Shown here: piece after piece, positions 1 to 9,962 of the stretch
How the letters are laid out: every line of letters starts with the position of its first letter
How positions within the stretch are numbered: position 1 is the stretch's first letter
Source of the DNA: Ignavibacteriota bacterium
GTDB lineage: Bacteria > Bacteroidota > Ignavibacteria > UBA10030 > SZUA-254
DNA: 64,000 nucleotides
Assembly (NCBI GenBank): GCA_025358305.1
Contig: JANYJZ010000032.1
Coordinates: 26,904-90,903 of the forward strand
Direction of reading: 5' to 3'
Translations under genes and position numbers: made by a program
The notes under the pieces: generated by a model
Seen by the model: the letters and a program-made list of their open reading frames with translations, nothing else
What the model was told of the DNA's origin: nothing
The model's database searches: none

Positions 1-62
1 GGGTTGCCGGTATATGGCGTCAGCGTAAAGGCGTCGACTTGCTTGATCTTGATCCTGTTCAT
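1..62 (-). CDS. PhzF family (phenazine biosynthesis/DAP epimerase-like) protein, N-terminus only (runs off window edge)
   Basis: Read by hand from ATG at 62: MNRIKIKQVDAFTLTPYTGNP, the QVDAFT...GNP N-terminal signature of PhzF proteins; GGAG upstream. Confidence 0.8.
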   Translation of the reverse strand, partial: MNRIKIKQVDAFTLTPYTGN

Positions 63-72
63 GCCGCTCCGA

Positions 73-921
73 TCACTTCAGGTGCACCGCACACAATGTG
101 CGTTTCTCTTTGATGTAATAGGCGAACGAGCCTTTGCAAAAGAACATATCCGGGATAGGCATCGAAAGTTTGGCGTTCATCTCATCCTCGAATTCGACCC
201 GGCGCCGGGTCCGGTCATAGACCCCGATCCGCTGCCGGAAGGATCGTTCGGGTGCCGCGGGCGGCGACGCGGAACACCAAGCCGCCACGATGGACGATCC
301 GGTCTCGATATATTCCGTCAGCGTCTCTTCTGCGTCGTTCTTCCTCAGCGCCGAGAGCGCCTCGCTCAGGCCGGGGTCCACCGACTCGCCCGGGCGCACG
401 ATCGAGGGAAACACGACCCGTCCGGCCGGCTCTCGTCCGAGCGACCGTTGCAACTCGTGGAGCTCCGGGGCGCCGATCTCCCTCACTGCCACGCCGTCGA
501 CCAGCCGAATCTCCGTAAAGATACGCTCCTCGAACGTTTCACGCGCAGCGTATATGTGCTCGCCATGGGCGAAGAGGAACTTGGCCTCGTCATTCGACCA
601 AAGCGCCGCGCCGGTACTCACGTCCACAGCGTAGAGCTTCTTGTGGTCCGGCATATCGGGGGCGGCATACTCGTGGAGGATGAGCACGTTCCGGTGAAGG
701 ACCTCCATGCTGATCCACCACTTTTCGGGGAATGCGAGCCCCTTCCACCGGAAGCTGCCGGTCGTGTCGTCGAGGCAGAAGAAGGAAACGGTCTTCTGTT
801 CCAGGTCCCGGTCCTCGCCGAGGAGGAAGCCTTCGGCGGCCGGAAGAAGCCTCCACAACACGCCGTCAACCGCATACTCCCATGCCGTGGAACGTCTTTT
901 CCGAAGCAACCCGCCGAACAA
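73..921 (-). CDS. DUF4905 domain-containing protein
   Basis: ORF 73..942; motifs GEDRD...VSFFCLD...WW...LHEY..PDMPDHK resemble DUF4905. Start placed at TTG 921, behind an AAGGAG Shine-Dalgarno. Confidence 0.7.
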   Translation of the reverse strand: MFGGLLRKRRSTAWEYAVDGVLWRLLPAAEGFLLGEDRDLEQKTVSFFCLDDTTGSFRWKGLAFPEKWWISMEVLHRNVLILHEYAAPDMPDHKKLYAVDVSTGAALWSNDEAKFLFAHGEHIYAARETFEERIFTEIRLVDGVAVREIGAPELHELQRSLGREPAGRVVFPSIVRPGESVDPGLSEALSALRKNDAEETLTEYIETGSSIVAAWCSASPPAAPERSFRQRIGVYDRTRRRVEFEDEMNAKLSMPIPDMFFCKGSFAYYIKEKRTLCAVHLK

Positions 922-953
922 AAGGACTCCTTCCTTCGCCAAAATTCTCGGAT

Positions 954-982
954 AAGATAACTATAACGCATATGAATATCAA
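954..982 (-). promoter_or_regulatory. Housekeeping sigma promoter for DUF4905-phzF
   Basis: Minus strand TTGATA-N17-TATCTT in an AT-rich intergenic patch. Confidence 0.6.
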
Positions 983-1032
983 GACACTTCGGCCTTTTGA
1001 CCGTCGAAGACCTCAGCGGAGCGCGGGTACCT

Positions 1033-1632
1033 TCAGAAATGAAGCCGGGAAAGAACCTTGCGCATCTCCCGGAACGCTTTGGCGCGATGGCTGATCTCGT
1101 TCTTCACCTCCGACGGCAGCTCGGCAAAGGTCTCCTTGTACCCGTCCGGAACAAAAAGCGGATCATAGCCGAATCCTCCCTCCCCGCGCGGAGCATCGAT
1201 GATCATCCCGTGGCAGTTGCCGCTGGTCATGATCTCCGTTTCGGGGCCCACGAGCGCAGCGATGCAGCGGAAGCGCGCCTTGCGCCGCGTCGGTTCGAAC
1301 CCGACGAGTTCCGAGAGAAGCTTCCTATTGTTGTCCGCATACGAGACATGTTCGCCCGCGTACCGAGCGGACAAGACGCCGGGTCGAAGATCGAGCGAGA
1401 ATACCTCGAGACCGGTGTCGTCCGACAGGGCGGTGATGCCCGTCGCCTGGTAGATCTCTCTCGCCTTCTTCAGCGCGTTCTCCTCCAGGGAGAGCCCGTC
1501 CTCCACCACGTCAGCCAAGCCCGGGTGATCGAGGACGCTTGCCACATCGAAGGGAAGCCCCTTCAGGATCGAGCGGATTTCCTCGATCTTTCCTGTGTTG
1601 CGCGTCGCGAGTATGATCTTCTGCATAGGCAT
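1033..1632 (-). CDS. rdgB: XTP/dITP diphosphatase (Ham1 family)
   Basis: ATRNTGKIEE, SDDTGL, PGVLSARY, GFGYDPLF, KNEISHR motifs; start may be ATG 1626. Confidence 0.95.
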   Translation of the reverse strand: MPMQKIILATRNTGKIEEIRSILKGLPFDVASVLDHPGLADVVEDGLSLEENALKKAREIYQATGITALSDDTGLEVFSLDLRPGVLSARYAGEHVSYADNNRKLLSELVGFEPTRRKARFRCIAALVGPETEIMTSGNCHGMIIDAPRGEGGFGYDPLFVPDGYKETFAELPSEVKNEISHRAKAFREMRKVLSRLHF

Positions 1633-1667
1633 GGCTCAGAGGAATTCGTACGTGGCAAGAAAGGGGT

Positions 1668-3026
1668 TCAGCCGAACAACGCTTCCATGACCTCTTCGAT
1701 GCGGTCGACGCCGACGAGCGTGATCCCGTCGGTGCGCGCGAGGCCCTTGAGATTGTTCGCGGGAAGGATGCATTTCCGAAAACCGAGTTTCTTCGCTTCT
1801 TGGACGCGGCGGTCCGCCTGGCTCACTGTCCGAACCTCTCCGCTGAGGCCGATCTCCCCCACGACGACTGTCTGGGCGTCGATCGCGGTGTCGCGCAGGC
1901 TCGACAGGATCGACGTCGCGATCCCGAGGTCGACCGCGGGTTCGTCGATCCTGACGCCGCCGGCGATGTTGACGAAGACATCGTGTTGGCCAAGCTTCAC
2001 ACCGGCGCGCTTTTCCAGCACGGCGAGGAGGAGGTTGAGCCGCCGGTAATCGAACCCGGTCGTATTGCGTTGGGGGGCGCTGTAGTTCGCGGGCGTGACG
2101 AGCGCTTGGACCTCGATGAGGATCGGGCGCGAGCCTTCGATGCTCGCGACCACCGCGGACCCGGAAGCGCCGAGGGATCGCTCGGAGAGGAAGACCTCGG
2201 ACGGGTTCTTCACCTCTTCCAGACCGCTGTCGCGCATCTCGAACACGCCGATCTCGTTCGTCGATCCGTATCGGTTCTTCATCGCCCGGAGAATGCGGTA
2301 GGCGTAATGACTGTCGCCTTCAAATTGGAGCACCGTGTCGACCATATGTTCGATCACCTTCGGGCCCGCGATGACCCCCTCCTTCGTCACATGGCCGATG
2401 AGGAAGACCGGGATGGCCTTCTCCTTTGCGAGCCTCGTGAAGAGAGCCGTCGATTCGCGCACCTGGCCGACGCTTCCAGGCGAGCTCTCGAACGTGCTTC
2501 GGTACATCGTCTGAATCGAGTCGACGATGATGACGTCCGGAGGCGTACGATCGACGAGCTCGGCGATGATCTCGACATTCGTTTCAGCGAGCAGGAGGAG
2601 CTTGTCGCTCGGTGCGCACGAGAGGCGGTCGGCCCGGAGCTTGATCTGTCGAGTTGATTCCTCGCCGGAGACGTAGAGCACGATCTTCTCCGGCATGCGT
2701 GCTGCAATCTGGAGCATGAGGGTCGATTTGCCGACCCCCGGATCGCCTCCGAGAAGGATGACCGACCCCCGAACGATGCCGCCTCCGAGGACGCGGTCGC
2801 ATTCCGCCATGTGCGTCGTGAGCCGCTCTTCGTGCGTCAGGTCGATCCCGGAGAGCGCGACAGCAGCCGACGCCGCCGGACGGGCGCGCGCCTTGTGCGC
2901 TGAGGTCTTTTTACTCAGTTCCTCGACGAACGTATTCCACTCCGCGCAATTGGGACACTTCCCGACCCACCGAGGGGATTCGTAGGCGCAGCTCTGGCAA
3001 ACGTACCGTGTCTGGATCTTCGACAT
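1668..3026 (-). CDS. radA: DNA repair protein RadA/Sms
   Basis: N-terminal CQSC...CPNC zinc finger, GDPGVGKST Walker A, KNRYG motif, Lon-like C-terminus. Confidence 0.97.
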   Translation of the reverse strand: MSKIQTRYVCQSCAYESPRWVGKCPNCAEWNTFVEELSKKTSAHKARARPAASAAVALSGIDLTHEERLTTHMAECDRVLGGGIVRGSVILLGGDPGVGKSTLMLQIAARMPEKIVLYVSGEESTRQIKLRADRLSCAPSDKLLLLAETNVEIIAELVDRTPPDVIIVDSIQTMYRSTFESSPGSVGQVRESTALFTRLAKEKAIPVFLIGHVTKEGVIAGPKVIEHMVDTVLQFEGDSHYAYRILRAMKNRYGSTNEIGVFEMRDSGLEEVKNPSEVFLSERSLGASGSAVVASIEGSRPILIEVQALVTPANYSAPQRNTTGFDYRRLNLLLAVLEKRAGVKLGQHDVFVNIAGGVRIDEPAVDLGIATSILSSLRDTAIDAQTVVVGEIGLSGEVRTVSQADRRVQEAKKLGFRKCILPANNLKGLARTDGITLVGVDRIEEVMEALFG

Positions 3027-3027
3027 G

Positions 3028-3918
3028 TTACAACTTTATCCCGAGACGGACATCCCTGCCCCACATGAGCTTCGCCCGGAGGAGGTCGTAGTACGTGTGC
3101 CTCCCGCGCTTCACGAGCTTCACCGGATGGGCCGACTTCCGGACCATGAACTCAACGGGGGCTTCCGTCATGCCTTCCGACTGGCCGTCCGCGGTGTAAT
3201 GGACCGACTTCGTTCCTCCTTTGACGACGATGCGGATCGCGCTGTCGTCCGGAACGATGACCGGCCGAGCAGCGAGCGTATGGGGAGAGATAGGATTGAT
3301 CGTCAGGACGCTGCATTTTGGGGCGACGATCGGCCCGCCGCTGGCGAGCGAATACGCCGTGGAACCGGTCGGGGTCGTCACGATGATGCCGTCCGCCGAG
3401 TATGTGACGAGGTAGTCGTTGTTCACGAACGTCTCGAGTTGAATGACGCGGGCCGAGGACCCTTTGTCGATGACGATCTCATTCAGGGCGTAGAGGTCCT
3501 TCGAAAAGGCGGCGCTGGAGATCGTGAGCGCCATCCGCTCATCGATGACGTAGCGCCCTTCGCACACATCCTGGATCGCCGACGTCACATCGCCAATGGA
3601 GACCTCGGCCAGGAACCCCAGCTTACCAAGGTTGACGCCGAGGATGGGGATGCCGGAGCGTCCGACGAGTCTCGCCGCCATGAGGATCGTACCGTCTCCC
3701 CCGAGCGCGATGAGCATGTCGCAGCGCCGCGGGAGATCCTCCGCCGAGCAGACCGAACCCGCAGCGATCTCCTCCCCCACCCCGCTTGCGACGGCCCACG
3801 CGGCGAGGTCGTCCAAGACGACGAACGGCAGCTGCCGTGTCCGCAGGTGCGCGAGGAGGTCGTGAATGACGTCCTTGAGCGCGGGTTTGCCGATGTTGCC
3901 GAGAATGCCGAAGGTCAT
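3028..3918 (-). CDS. nadK: NAD(+) kinase
   Basis: GGDGT, NLGKLGFL, NE, ADG..TPTGSTAYSLASGG motifs. Confidence 0.95.
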   Translation of the reverse strand: MTFGILGNIGKPALKDVIHDLLAHLRTRQLPFVVLDDLAAWAVASGVGEEIAAGSVCSAEDLPRRCDMLIALGGDGTILMAARLVGRSGIPILGVNLGKLGFLAEVSIGDVTSAIQDVCEGRYVIDERMALTISSAAFSKDLYALNEIVIDKGSSARVIQLETFVNNDYLVTYSADGIIVTTPTGSTAYSLASGGPIVAPKCSVLTINPISPHTLAARPVIVPDDSAIRIVVKGGTKSVHYTADGQSEGMTEAPVEFMVRKSAHPVKLVKRGRHTYYDLLRAKLMWGRDVRLGIKL

Positions 3919-4238
3919 GGCTTCGCTGCCGATTCTGCCGGCGGTGTTGCCGGCTTTGCCGCGTCATTCTCGGCGGGCTTCGACGCTTCGTCGACGTAGT
4001 TAAGCCGGAGCTCCTGCAGGACGCCGGAAAACATCTTCTCCTCGCCGGGCGTGAGGTTCCCCTTCATCTTCGCGTGCATCATCGCCAGAATGTCGATCGA
4101 CATCTGCGCCTGCAGGAGGTCTCGGTCGATCTTGTCCGTCATGGGATTTTTGAGCTTGCCCATATGCTGCAACGATGCGGTCTGAAACATGAAGATGAGT
4201 TGGGCAAGGAGAAGTTCATTCTTGTCAGCAGCGTTCAT
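3915..4238 (-). CDS. DUF1844 domain-containing protein
   Basis: MNAADKNELL...GKLKNP...AQMSIDIL...KMKGNL...ELRLNYV; true start ATG 4238 (ORF-track start 4400 overlaps the upstream gene); ATGA overlap with nadK. Confidence 0.8.
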   Translation of the reverse strand: MNAADKNELLLAQLIFMFQTASLQHMGKLKNPMTDKIDRDLLQAQMSIDILAMMHAKMKGNLTPGEEKMFSGVLQELRLNYVDEASKPAENDAAKPATPPAESAAKP

Positions 4239-4288
4239 ACATTGTCCTTTCCAGATGACAGATGAGGATACATGCAAAACCTCGCACG

Positions 4289-4825
4289 CTAGTACATATA
4301 CTTGTCCACGAGCGCATTGTGGCCGGCATCGGGCTTGAGAACCTCGAGCCAGACCTCGATGTAGAACGCCGGAAAGATGAACCCCAGGTACTTCTCCCAC
4401 CGGCGGGGAAACCAGTTCGCCAGGAGGCTGATCCCCAGCACCTTGTAGACGTCGGTGAAGTGCAGCTTATGCCGGCGGATGACGAAGAGCCCGGTGTTCT
4501 GCAGCGTCGAGAACGTAATATAACCTAAATGATGAAAATGCTCAAGGTCGCCGTACGACAACTGAGAGGTGTAGTGCGGCGTGATGATCCTGACAGTCGC
4601 CCCGGGCTTCGAGATCCGGTGCACCTCGTTCATAAGGTGGAGAGGTCGGTCAACGTGTTCGATGATGTGTGACATGTCCACCCAGTCGAACGTATCGTCG
4701 GGGAACGGGTAGGGATAGTTGTTCAGGTCGTGGACGACGTCCACGTGCGGTGCTGGACGTTTGTCGAGGCCTATCGAGCCTTCTTTCTTCGAGTGGGGAC
4801 CGCAGCCGATATCCAGTATCTTCAT
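4289..4825 (-). CDS. SAM-dependent methyltransferase (type 11, glycan-cluster associated)
   Basis: ILDIGCG motif I, PYPFPDDTFD, SHIIEH, EVHRISKPG. Confidence 0.85.
   Translation of the reverse strand: MKILDIGCGPHSKKEGSIGLDKRPAPHVDVVHDLNNYPYPFPDDTFDWVDMSHIIEHVDRPLHLMNEVHRISKPGATVRIITPHYTSQLSYGDLEHFHHLGYITFSTLQNTGLFVIRRHKLHFTDVYKVLGISLLANWFPRRWEKYLGFIFPAFYIEVWLEVLKPDAGHNALVDKYMY
4517..4545 (-). promoter_or_regulatory. Internal promoter inside the methyltransferase CDS (likely for DUF1844-nadK-radA-rdgB)
   Basis: Minus strand TTGAGC-N17-TATATT, built from AT-rich codons (CAT TTT CAT CAT TTA GGT TAT ATT) atypical of the window. Confidence 0.5.
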
Positions 4826-4843
4826 GAGTTCCTCTGCTTCTGG

Positions 4844-6019
4844 TCAGTGATTGGGATGAAATGTCGTCCGCGCGTCGGCGGGAGGCTCCTTGCGGCTGCT
4901 CTTCTCCTCAAGGAGGCCCTGGACCGCACGGACGACGTCCTCGACCTCGATGGAAGAGACGCCGTGAGCGCCGCTGAGTCCGCGGACATGTTCTCCGACC
5001 GGCTTCCATTCGGCCTGGTCCGCCGGTCCGTACAACCCGACCGTCGGCGTGCCGACGGCAGCGGAGAGATGGAGTACACCGGTGTCGTTGCAGACCACCG
5101 CGTCGCACGCCTGAAAGTACGCTGCAAGCCGTTCGAGGGTCGGATGGCCGATGAGCGGGGTCCCGGCGCTTGCGCTTGAAACAAAGGCTTCTTTCAGATC
5201 CTCCTCTGCCGGTCCCCAGAACAGGAGGATCCTCGCCTCGACCCGTTCCCTGAGGGTGTTCGCAAGCTCCGCGAACCGTTCGACCGGCCAGCGATTGGCA
5301 GGCTTGCCGGCGCCGATGTGGAGCCCGATGAGAGGGCCATGAGCCGATTGTCCGAGTGATTCGATTTCTCCGCGGACGGCGGTTCGAACGGCGTCGGACA
5401 CACGAAGTTCCTCCCGCATGTCATCGGTCGAACAGCCGATGTAGCGCAAGATGTCGACATTGCGCTCGCTTTGGTGCCGGATACCCGAAGCCATTGGCGC
5501 ATTGAGATCATAGAAGAAGTTACGCGTCGAACCCGGAAAGACGCGTTCGGCCGAACCAAGAACGACCCGGGCGCGGGCGAACCGGGCCAGGAGATCCGAT
5601 GTGAGCGAGTGGCTGACCGTGTTGAGGACAACGGCGAGGTCCCAGCCGCTCCGGAGCGAGCGCCAGAACCTTCGGAGCGATCCCCAAGTCCAGCGAGACG
5701 CATCCTCGCGGAAAACGAGGATCTCGTCGACGAACGGCACGAGCGACGCCGCGTCCGCAAAATATTCCCGCACGACGAGGGCGATGCGCGCCTCGGGGAA
5801 GCAATGCCGCAACGACCGCAACGCCGGGAGGGAAAGAAGGAAATCCCCGAGCTGGTCGTGCTGGCGTATGACGAGGATGCGCTTCGTGCGCATCTCGCGC
5901 ACGATACCGGCGTGCAGTTCGTTCCGCCCGAACAGAGGCTCGCACCAGCCGATGAGCCTGCGTTTGATCGCGAGCTCAAGCGGGGAGAAGATCGATCGTC
6001 GCTGCGGCTGAATTCCCAT
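4844..6019 (-). CDS. Glycosyltransferase family 9 (LPS heptosyltransferase-like)
   Basis: ILVIR..QLGDFLLSLP, RWPVERF, CNDTGVLHLSAAVGTPTVGLYGP. Confidence 0.9.
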   Translation of the reverse strand: MGIQPQRRSIFSPLELAIKRRLIGWCEPLFGRNELHAGIVREMRTKRILVIRQHDQLGDFLLSLPALRSLRHCFPEARIALVVREYFADAASLVPFVDEILVFREDASRWTWGSLRRFWRSLRSGWDLAVVLNTVSHSLTSDLLARFARARVVLGSAERVFPGSTRNFFYDLNAPMASGIRHQSERNVDILRYIGCSTDDMREELRVSDAVRTAVRGEIESLGQSAHGPLIGLHIGAGKPANRWPVERFAELANTLRERVEARILLFWGPAEEDLKEAFVSSASAGTPLIGHPTLERLAAYFQACDAVVCNDTGVLHLSAAVGTPTVGLYGPADQAEWKPVGEHVRGLSGAHGVSSIEVEDVVRAVQGLLEEKSSRKEPPADARTTFHPNH

Positions 6020-6094
6020 GAGAACCTCTCTAGCGCCGGAGGTGCGGATGACGCACCATTGCCGGCGCGAACATTGTCCTGATCGGCACGCGGC

Positions 6095-6883
6095 TCACGA
6101 ATTCCCTCCGCCGCCCGCCGTGCCTAGGCTCGTCGCCTCGTAGAGCTTCGCATACTTCGTAAAGACATACGCAGACGACGCCACCGAGAGGATGAAGCCC
6201 GGCATGCCGTCGAGGAAGCCGCCCTGGAGAATGTACATCTTGAAGAACATGAACGGGGGCCGGACAAGGAGGTCCGAGATCCGGCCCCGTCTTCCCCTCT
6301 CGCGAAGGTCCACCGTCGAAAGCGACGTGTACCGGTTGAGTTTCGAAAAGTAGTGGTAGAGGGTCTCGTCCGTGTAGTGGAGCAGATCGGTGGCGAGCTC
6401 TCCCGTTCTTCCGTTCACCTCGAGCCGTTCATGGACCTGCGTGGGAACGAACGATGCGCGGCTCTTCCGAAACAAGCGCACGACGCGTCCGGGATACCAT
6501 CCGCAGTGACGGATCCACGATCCAAGAAAATACGCCCTGCGGGCAACGCTATAGGCGACATACTCCTGACCGTTCGCGCCGACGATACGGCCGACTTCCT
6601 CCTCCATTCCGGGCATCGCGCGTTCATCCGCGTCGAGCCACAGGACCCAGTCGTGCGCCGCCTGGCGCAGCGCGAGATTTTTTGCCTCGACGTACCCTTT
6701 CCATGATGCCACGACGACGTTCTTCGTGAACCGTCGCGCAACCTCGACCGTCCGGTCGGAGCTCTGCGCGTCGACGACGACGATGTCCGCAGCCCAGCGC
6801 ACACTTTCGAGGCATGCGGCGAGGTTCCGCTCCTCGTTCCTCGTGATGACGATGACGGAAATGCCGGCCCGCTCAGTGCTCAT
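6095..6883 (-). CDS. Glycosyltransferase family 2 (WaaE/KdtX-like)
   Basis: ISVIVITRNEERN, LDADER, GWYP, VHE, GFLDG; start ATG 6883 overlaps the upstream stop. Confidence 0.9.
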   Translation of the reverse strand: MSTERAGISVIVITRNEERNLAACLESVRWAADIVVVDAQSSDRTVEVARRFTKNVVVASWKGYVEAKNLALRQAAHDWVLWLDADERAMPGMEEEVGRIVGANGQEYVAYSVARRAYFLGSWIRHCGWYPGRVVRLFRKSRASFVPTQVHERLEVNGRTGELATDLLHYTDETLYHYFSKLNRYTSLSTVDLRERGRRGRISDLLVRPPFMFFKMYILQGGFLDGMPGFILSVASSAYVFTKYAKLYEATSLGTAGGGGNS

Positions 6884-8094
6884 GGCGCCGCGCTCTCCCC
6901 GGCCGAACGGTAGAGCGCACGCGATGCGAGCGCGAGCCCGACCGTGAACCACAGAAGTACCGCGATCTCGTGGTCGCCAAAGTTCCACTCGAAGAGACCG
7001 TTGACATGGAAGGCGACGTAGGAGGCGAACGCGCCAAGACTGATGCTGCCAAAGAACCAGTTCCGCGAGGTTTCGCGGACGGAGCGGAGCTCTTCGATGA
7101 AGATCCTGACGAACAGCGCGATCGTGGCGAGGAGTCCGACGCCGCCGAGCGTGACAAGGAGGGTCATGATATTGTTATGGAGATGCCCTCCTTCGGCTGG
7201 ATCGATGGGGACGATGTACGTGACGTAGTAGACCTTCAGGTCGATGTCCCCGAGGCCGAAGAGCGGGTGATCGAGGAACATCCTCCAGCCGGTGGTGATC
7301 ATATGGATGCGTGTCAGGTTCGAGGTCATCGATGGGTCGACGATGCTCGCCGCGCGCTCGCGGAATCCCGTGGGGGCAAAGAGGAAGAACAGGAGCGCCA
7401 CGACGACAAGCGCCAGAAGGAGCTTTTTATTCTTCACCACGGCGATGACGACCGCCCCCGCGATGAAACCGAGCCATGCGCTACGGGTTTGCGTGAGGAT
7501 GAGGACGAGGAACAGCGGCGTGGCGCAGACCGCCGCCCATATGCGCCACGGCCTTGGCGTCCCAGGATGCACGAGGAACGGCAGCACGAGGAGAAGGCTG
7601 AGCATCTTGATGCCGCCTTCGGTGAGGACGTGCTGGAACATGGAGACCCGAGCAAAGGTCTCGCCCACCTTGGTAAGCGAGAAGGTCTCAATCAGTGCCA
7701 CGGACGCGGCGATCACGATGAGCGTGACGATGAGCTTCCTCATCTTCGCCTCGGTGTCGATCGAAACGAGCGTGAGGTAGAAGATCGAGATCTGAAAGAA
7801 CCGCTTCATGTTGAAGAGTGACGCCGGAGGATTCGCCGAGAAGATCGTCGCGAGGACCTCCGCCAGGAGATAGCAAAGGAAGAACAGGTCGAGCGGCGTC
7901 GGCCGGAACGCTTTTCCGCGCGAGGCGGCGATGAGCCAGGCGAACAGGATGATCCCCGAACCCATGGCGATGGACGACACCGCGACCGACACGTTTACTG
8001 ATACGACGGCAATGCCAAGGAGGATGCCGAGCGTCGTGAGCATTCTCGCGGGGATCGGCGGCACGTCCGTATCTGCAGAGGTCGTCATCGCCAT
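6880..8094 (-). CDS. O-antigen ligase family membrane protein
   Basis: Multi-TM; TQTRSAWLG, R..M...GW.MF.DHPLFGLG and HLHNN Wzy_C-type motifs. Confidence 0.85.
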   Translation of the reverse strand: MAMTTSADTDVPPIPARMLTTLGILLGIAVVSVNVSVAVSSIAMGSGIILFAWLIAASRGKAFRPTPLDLFFLCYLLAEVLATIFSANPPASLFNMKRFFQISIFYLTLVSIDTEAKMRKLIVTLIVIAASVALIETFSLTKVGETFARVSMFQHVLTEGGIKMLSLLLVLPFLVHPGTPRPWRIWAAVCATPLFLVLILTQTRSAWLGFIAGAVVIAVVKNKKLLLALVVVALLFFLFAPTGFRERAASIVDPSMTSNLTRIHMITTGWRMFLDHPLFGLGDIDLKVYYVTYIVPIDPAEGGHLHNNIMTLLVTLGGVGLLATIALFVRIFIEELRSVRETSRNWFFGSISLGAFASYVAFHVNGLFEWNFGDHEIAVLLWFTVGLALASRALYRSAGESAAP

Positions 8095-9950
8095 CAGGCC
8101 CTGAACTGAAGGTCGTAGAGCTTCTTGTACAGCCCCTTTGAATCGCCGATGAGCGTCTGGTGGGTCCCCGTCTCCACGATGGCGCCCCGCTCCAGCACGA
8201 TGATCATGTCCGCGTGCTGCACCGTCGAGAGCCGATGCGCGATGACGATGGACGTCCGTCCCGTCATGAGATGATCGATCGCCTCCTGAACGAGGATCTC
8301 CGAACCGGTGTCGAGCGACGAGGTGGCTTCGTCGAGGATGAGGATCGGCGGGTTCTTCAATATCGCGCGGGCAAGGGAGAGCCTCTGCCGTTCGCCGCCG
8401 GAGAGTTTGACGCCCCGCTCTCCGATGACGCTTTCGTATTGGAGCGGCATCGCCATGATGAACTCGTGCGCGTTCGCCGCCTTCGCGGCGGCCATGATGG
8501 CGTCAAGGGGGCACGCGTCGAGCCCGTAGGCGATGTTATTTCGGACCGTATCGTTGAACAGGACCGTCTCCTGCGTGACGATGCCGATCTTTTCGCGCAA
8601 GGACCGTACGTCGAGGTCCCGGACGTCATGCCCGTCGATATAGACGCCGCCGGAACTGGGGTCGTAGAATCGCGGGAGGAGATCGACGAGCGTCGTCTTC
8701 CCGCTTCCGCTGGGGCCCACGATGGCGACGACGCTCCCTTTCTTGATCCGTATGGTGATGCCGGTCAGGACGGACTCATGACCGGTATAGGAGAAGCCGA
8801 CGTTCCGATATTCGACCGATTGCGTGAACTCCGGGAGGATGGTTGCCCCGACGCGGTTCCGGATGCTCGGCTCGGTGTCAAGAATGTCAAAGATCCTTCT
8901 CCCGGCGGCGCTTGCCTCCTGGATCCGGTTGTTGACGTTCGTGAGTTCCTTGATCGGCGGCATGATCTGGAAGATGATAAAGAGGAACCCGAGGAACTCG
9001 CTCGCCTTGAGTGATTTGTCGATGAGGACCTGCTGCCCGCCATACCAGATGATGACCGCCCCGGCAGCGACGCTCAGGATTTCAGTCGTCGGGGAGGCGA
9101 GGTCGCGGATGCGCGTAATCTTGATCACCGACGAGAAGTACCGCTTCGTGAAGGCCATGAACTTCTTGTTCTCGAACTCCTCCATCCCGAACGCCTTCAC
9201 GACCTTGACGCCGGAGACGGTCTCCTGGATCACCGACGTGATGTCGGCCAGCCGCTCCTGGGACACGCCGCGCTCCCGGTGGAGCTTGATGGCAATCCAG
9301 CTGATGATCGAGAGCGAGAACGGAAAGACGAGGACCGAGATGAGCGTCAGCTTCCAGCTCAGCGTGAGCGCGATGCCCAGAAAAACGATGATCAGGAGCG
9401 GTTCCTTCACGAGCGTGACGAACGAGGCGCTGATCCCCCCGTTGATGACGGCGACGTCGTTCACGATCCGCGAGATGAGTCCGCCGGTCCGCTCATTGCT
9501 GAAATATGCCAGGGGAAGTTCGTGGAGGTGCCGGTAGAGCGAGTCCCGGATGTCCTTGACGACCCCCTCTTCGGCGTAGTTCATCAGGTACGATTGTACG
9601 TACCCGAAGAGGTTCTTCAGGAAAAAGGCCACAAGAATGACCACGCAGATCCGAAAAAGCGAATCGAGCTGCGAGCCTGAAAAGACGAGGGCGAGGAACC
9701 ACTGTTTCAACGATGTTGCCGCATCGGTCAGGCCGGCAGGCAATGCTCCGCCCTGACCTGCTCCCTGCGCTGCTCCCTGCTCCGAGATCTTCTCGGGATG
9801 GAACAGGACATCAAGGAGCGGGATGAAAAGATAGATCGACGCGCCGCTGAAGACCGAGTAGAGGATGGTGCACCCTACCGAAGTCGTTATATGCTTCCAA
9901 TACGGCCGTGAAAAGCGCAGGATCCTGAAATATGTCTGTAGTACGGTCAT
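8094..9950 (-). CDS. msbA: MsbA-like ABC transporter (fused TMD+NBD; lipid A/glycolipid exporter)
   Basis: GPSGSGKT, LSGGERQR, ILDEATSSLD; fused permease; LPS cluster context. Confidence 0.8.
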   Translation of the reverse strand: MTVLQTYFRILRFSRPYWKHITTSVGCTILYSVFSGASIYLFIPLLDVLFHPEKISEQGAAQGAGQGGALPAGLTDAATSLKQWFLALVFSGSQLDSLFRICVVILVAFFLKNLFGYVQSYLMNYAEEGVVKDIRDSLYRHLHELPLAYFSNERTGGLISRIVNDVAVINGGISASFVTLVKEPLLIIVFLGIALTLSWKLTLISVLVFPFSLSIISWIAIKLHRERGVSQERLADITSVIQETVSGVKVVKAFGMEEFENKKFMAFTKRYFSSVIKITRIRDLASPTTEILSVAAGAVIIWYGGQQVLIDKSLKASEFLGFLFIIFQIMPPIKELTNVNNRIQEASAAGRRIFDILDTEPSIRNRVGATILPEFTQSVEYRNVGFSYTGHESVLTGITIRIKKGSVVAIVGPSGSGKTTLVDLLPRFYDPSSGGVYIDGHDVRDLDVRSLREKIGIVTQETVLFNDTVRNNIAYGLDACPLDAIMAAAKAANAHEFIMAMPLQYESVIGERGVKLSGGERQRLSLARAILKNPPILILDEATSSLDTGSEILVQEAIDHLMTGRTSIVIAHRLSTVQHADMIIVLERGAIVETGTHQTLIGDSKGLYKKLYDLQFRA

Positions 9951-9962
9951 TATCCTCTTATT

